Source: an uncultured Thermoproteaceae archaeon
GTDB lineage: Archaea > Thermoproteota > Thermoprotei > Thermoproteales > Thermocladiaceae
Direction: 5' to 3'
Assembly: GCA_964575955.1 (NCBI GenBank)
Contig: CAZNTG010000006.1
Span: 448,001-512,000 of the forward strand
Length of the DNA: 64,000 nucleotides
The stretch's first letter is position 1; each line of letters opens with the position of its first letter. This document shows, piece after piece, positions 62,902 through 64,000 of the stretch. The notes beneath the pieces were generated by a model. It was given only the letters and a program-made list of their open reading frames with translations. It ran no database searches and was not told where the DNA came from. Both the position numbers and the translations under genes were made by a program.

Positions 62902-63651
62902 ATGATTAAAGTTGGTACTTGTGGATTAAGATCTCCAAGATCTAAATATTATAATAATCTAAATGTTGTAGAACTACAAGAAACATTTTACGATCTTCCT
63001 AATGAAGATAAGATGAGACAGTTAAGATCTGAAGCTCCTGAAAATTTTGAATTTACTGTAAAAGTTTTTCAAGCATTAACACATTCAAAATCATCTCCAA
63101 CATGGAGAAAAATTAAAACTAAACTACCTGGAAACTTAGATAATTATGGTCTACTTAGACCAACTAAAGAAAATTTTGAAATATGGAATGAATTTTTAAG
63201 AAGAGTTAAACCACTAAATGCTAAAATTTACATATTTCAAACACCATCATCACTACCATTTAATACAGATTCTATAAATTGGATTGAAGAATTTTTCAAT
63301 AATATTAAATCTAGAGATCTAGTAATTGGTTGGGAACCTAGAGGTAAATGGAATGAAAATGTTGAAATTTTGAAGAAAATACTATCTAAGTACGATATAA
63401 TACATGTTGTAGATCCATTCAGGAGAGAGCCTGTACATTATACAGATATTGTATATTTTAGACTTCATGGTATAGGTCCTGGTGAGGTAAACTATAGATA
63501 TAGATATACTGACGATGATTTAAATAAGCTTTTAAAAATATGTTTAAAGTATGTTAATGAGAGATGTGTAGTTTATGTACTTTTCAATAATGTATACATG
63601 TATGATGATGCTATTAGATTTATAAAACTTATAAATGAAGCATATAAATGA
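62902..63651 (+). CDS. DUF72-family protein
   Basis: IKVGTCG, VELQETFY, FQTP, YFRLHG, LFNN. Confidence 0.92.
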   Translation: MIKVGTCGLRSPRSKYYNNLNVVELQETFYDLPNEDKMRQLRSEAPENFEFTVKVFQALTHSKSSPTWRKIKTKLPGNLDNYGLLRPTKENFEIWNEFLRRVKPLNAKIYIFQTPSSLPFNTDSINWIEEFFNNIKSRDLVIGWEPRGKWNENVEILKKILSKYDIIHVVDPFRREPVHYTDIVYFRLHGIGPGEVNYRYRYTDDDLNKLLKICLKYVNERCVVYVLFNNVYMYDDAIRFIKLINEAYK

Positions 63652-63693
63652 GCTTTAAAATCACTTATATACTCCACTAAGCATAATATACAT

Positions 63694-64000
63694 ATGTACA
63701 GGAAGTTTACTAAGATAATAGCAACTGTCGGTCCCTCAACAATGAGTAGAGATATACTACTTAGACTTGTTAGAGAGGGTGTTGATTGTTTTAGAATAAA
63801 TTTTGCACATGGAAATCCTGAGATTTGGAGTAATATCATAGCTATGATTAGAGATATTGAGGAATCTATAGATAAGCCTATTCCAATAATTGGAGATCTA
63901 CAGGGACCAACAGTTAGGACAGGTATTGTAGATTCACCATATAGTGTTAAGAAGGGGGATAAGGTTAGTATAGTACTCTCAGATAAAGGAACTTCTTCAA
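63694..64000 (+). CDS. pyk: Pyruvate kinase, 5' part truncated by the window edge
   Basis: TKIIATVGPS, FRINFAHG, DLQGP..R.G; absent from the ORF track because there is no stop in the window. Confidence 0.93.
   Translation, partial: MYRKFTKIIATVGPSTMSRDILLRLVREGVDCFRINFAHGNPEIWSNIIAMIRDIEESIDKPIPIIGDLQGPTVRTGIVDSPYSVKKGDKVSIVLSDKGTSS

Overview
AT-rich (roughly one-third GC by eye) archaeal chromosome segment, almost certainly Thermoproteota/Thermoproteales-like: it carries crenactin with arcadins, Alba, the thermosome, many apparently leaderless genes and dense C/D-box sRNAs. It is mostly housekeeping: radA, ribosomal proteins, rpoK/rpoE'/spt4, aIF2-gamma, hisS, srp54, split MetE and a BMP-type ABC transporter. 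Beyond the ORF track I find nine C/D-box sRNA genes, an intron-containing tRNA-Thr(UGU), and a stand-alone, promoter-preceded 3' half of tRNA-Gln with a GC-rich leader (candidate trans-spliced split tRNA, the top finding). Other observations are an in-frame TAG in the essential aIF2-gamma gene, start anomalies in lysZ and sec11, an ABC-ATPase + TOPRIM candidate defence pair, a rearranged arcade locus, a KaiC-like ATPase with a Q/P/Y-rich tail and a decayed TSUP/DUF1634-like locus. No CRISPR array, integrase or IS element was seen. All family assignments come from motif recognition, not database searches.
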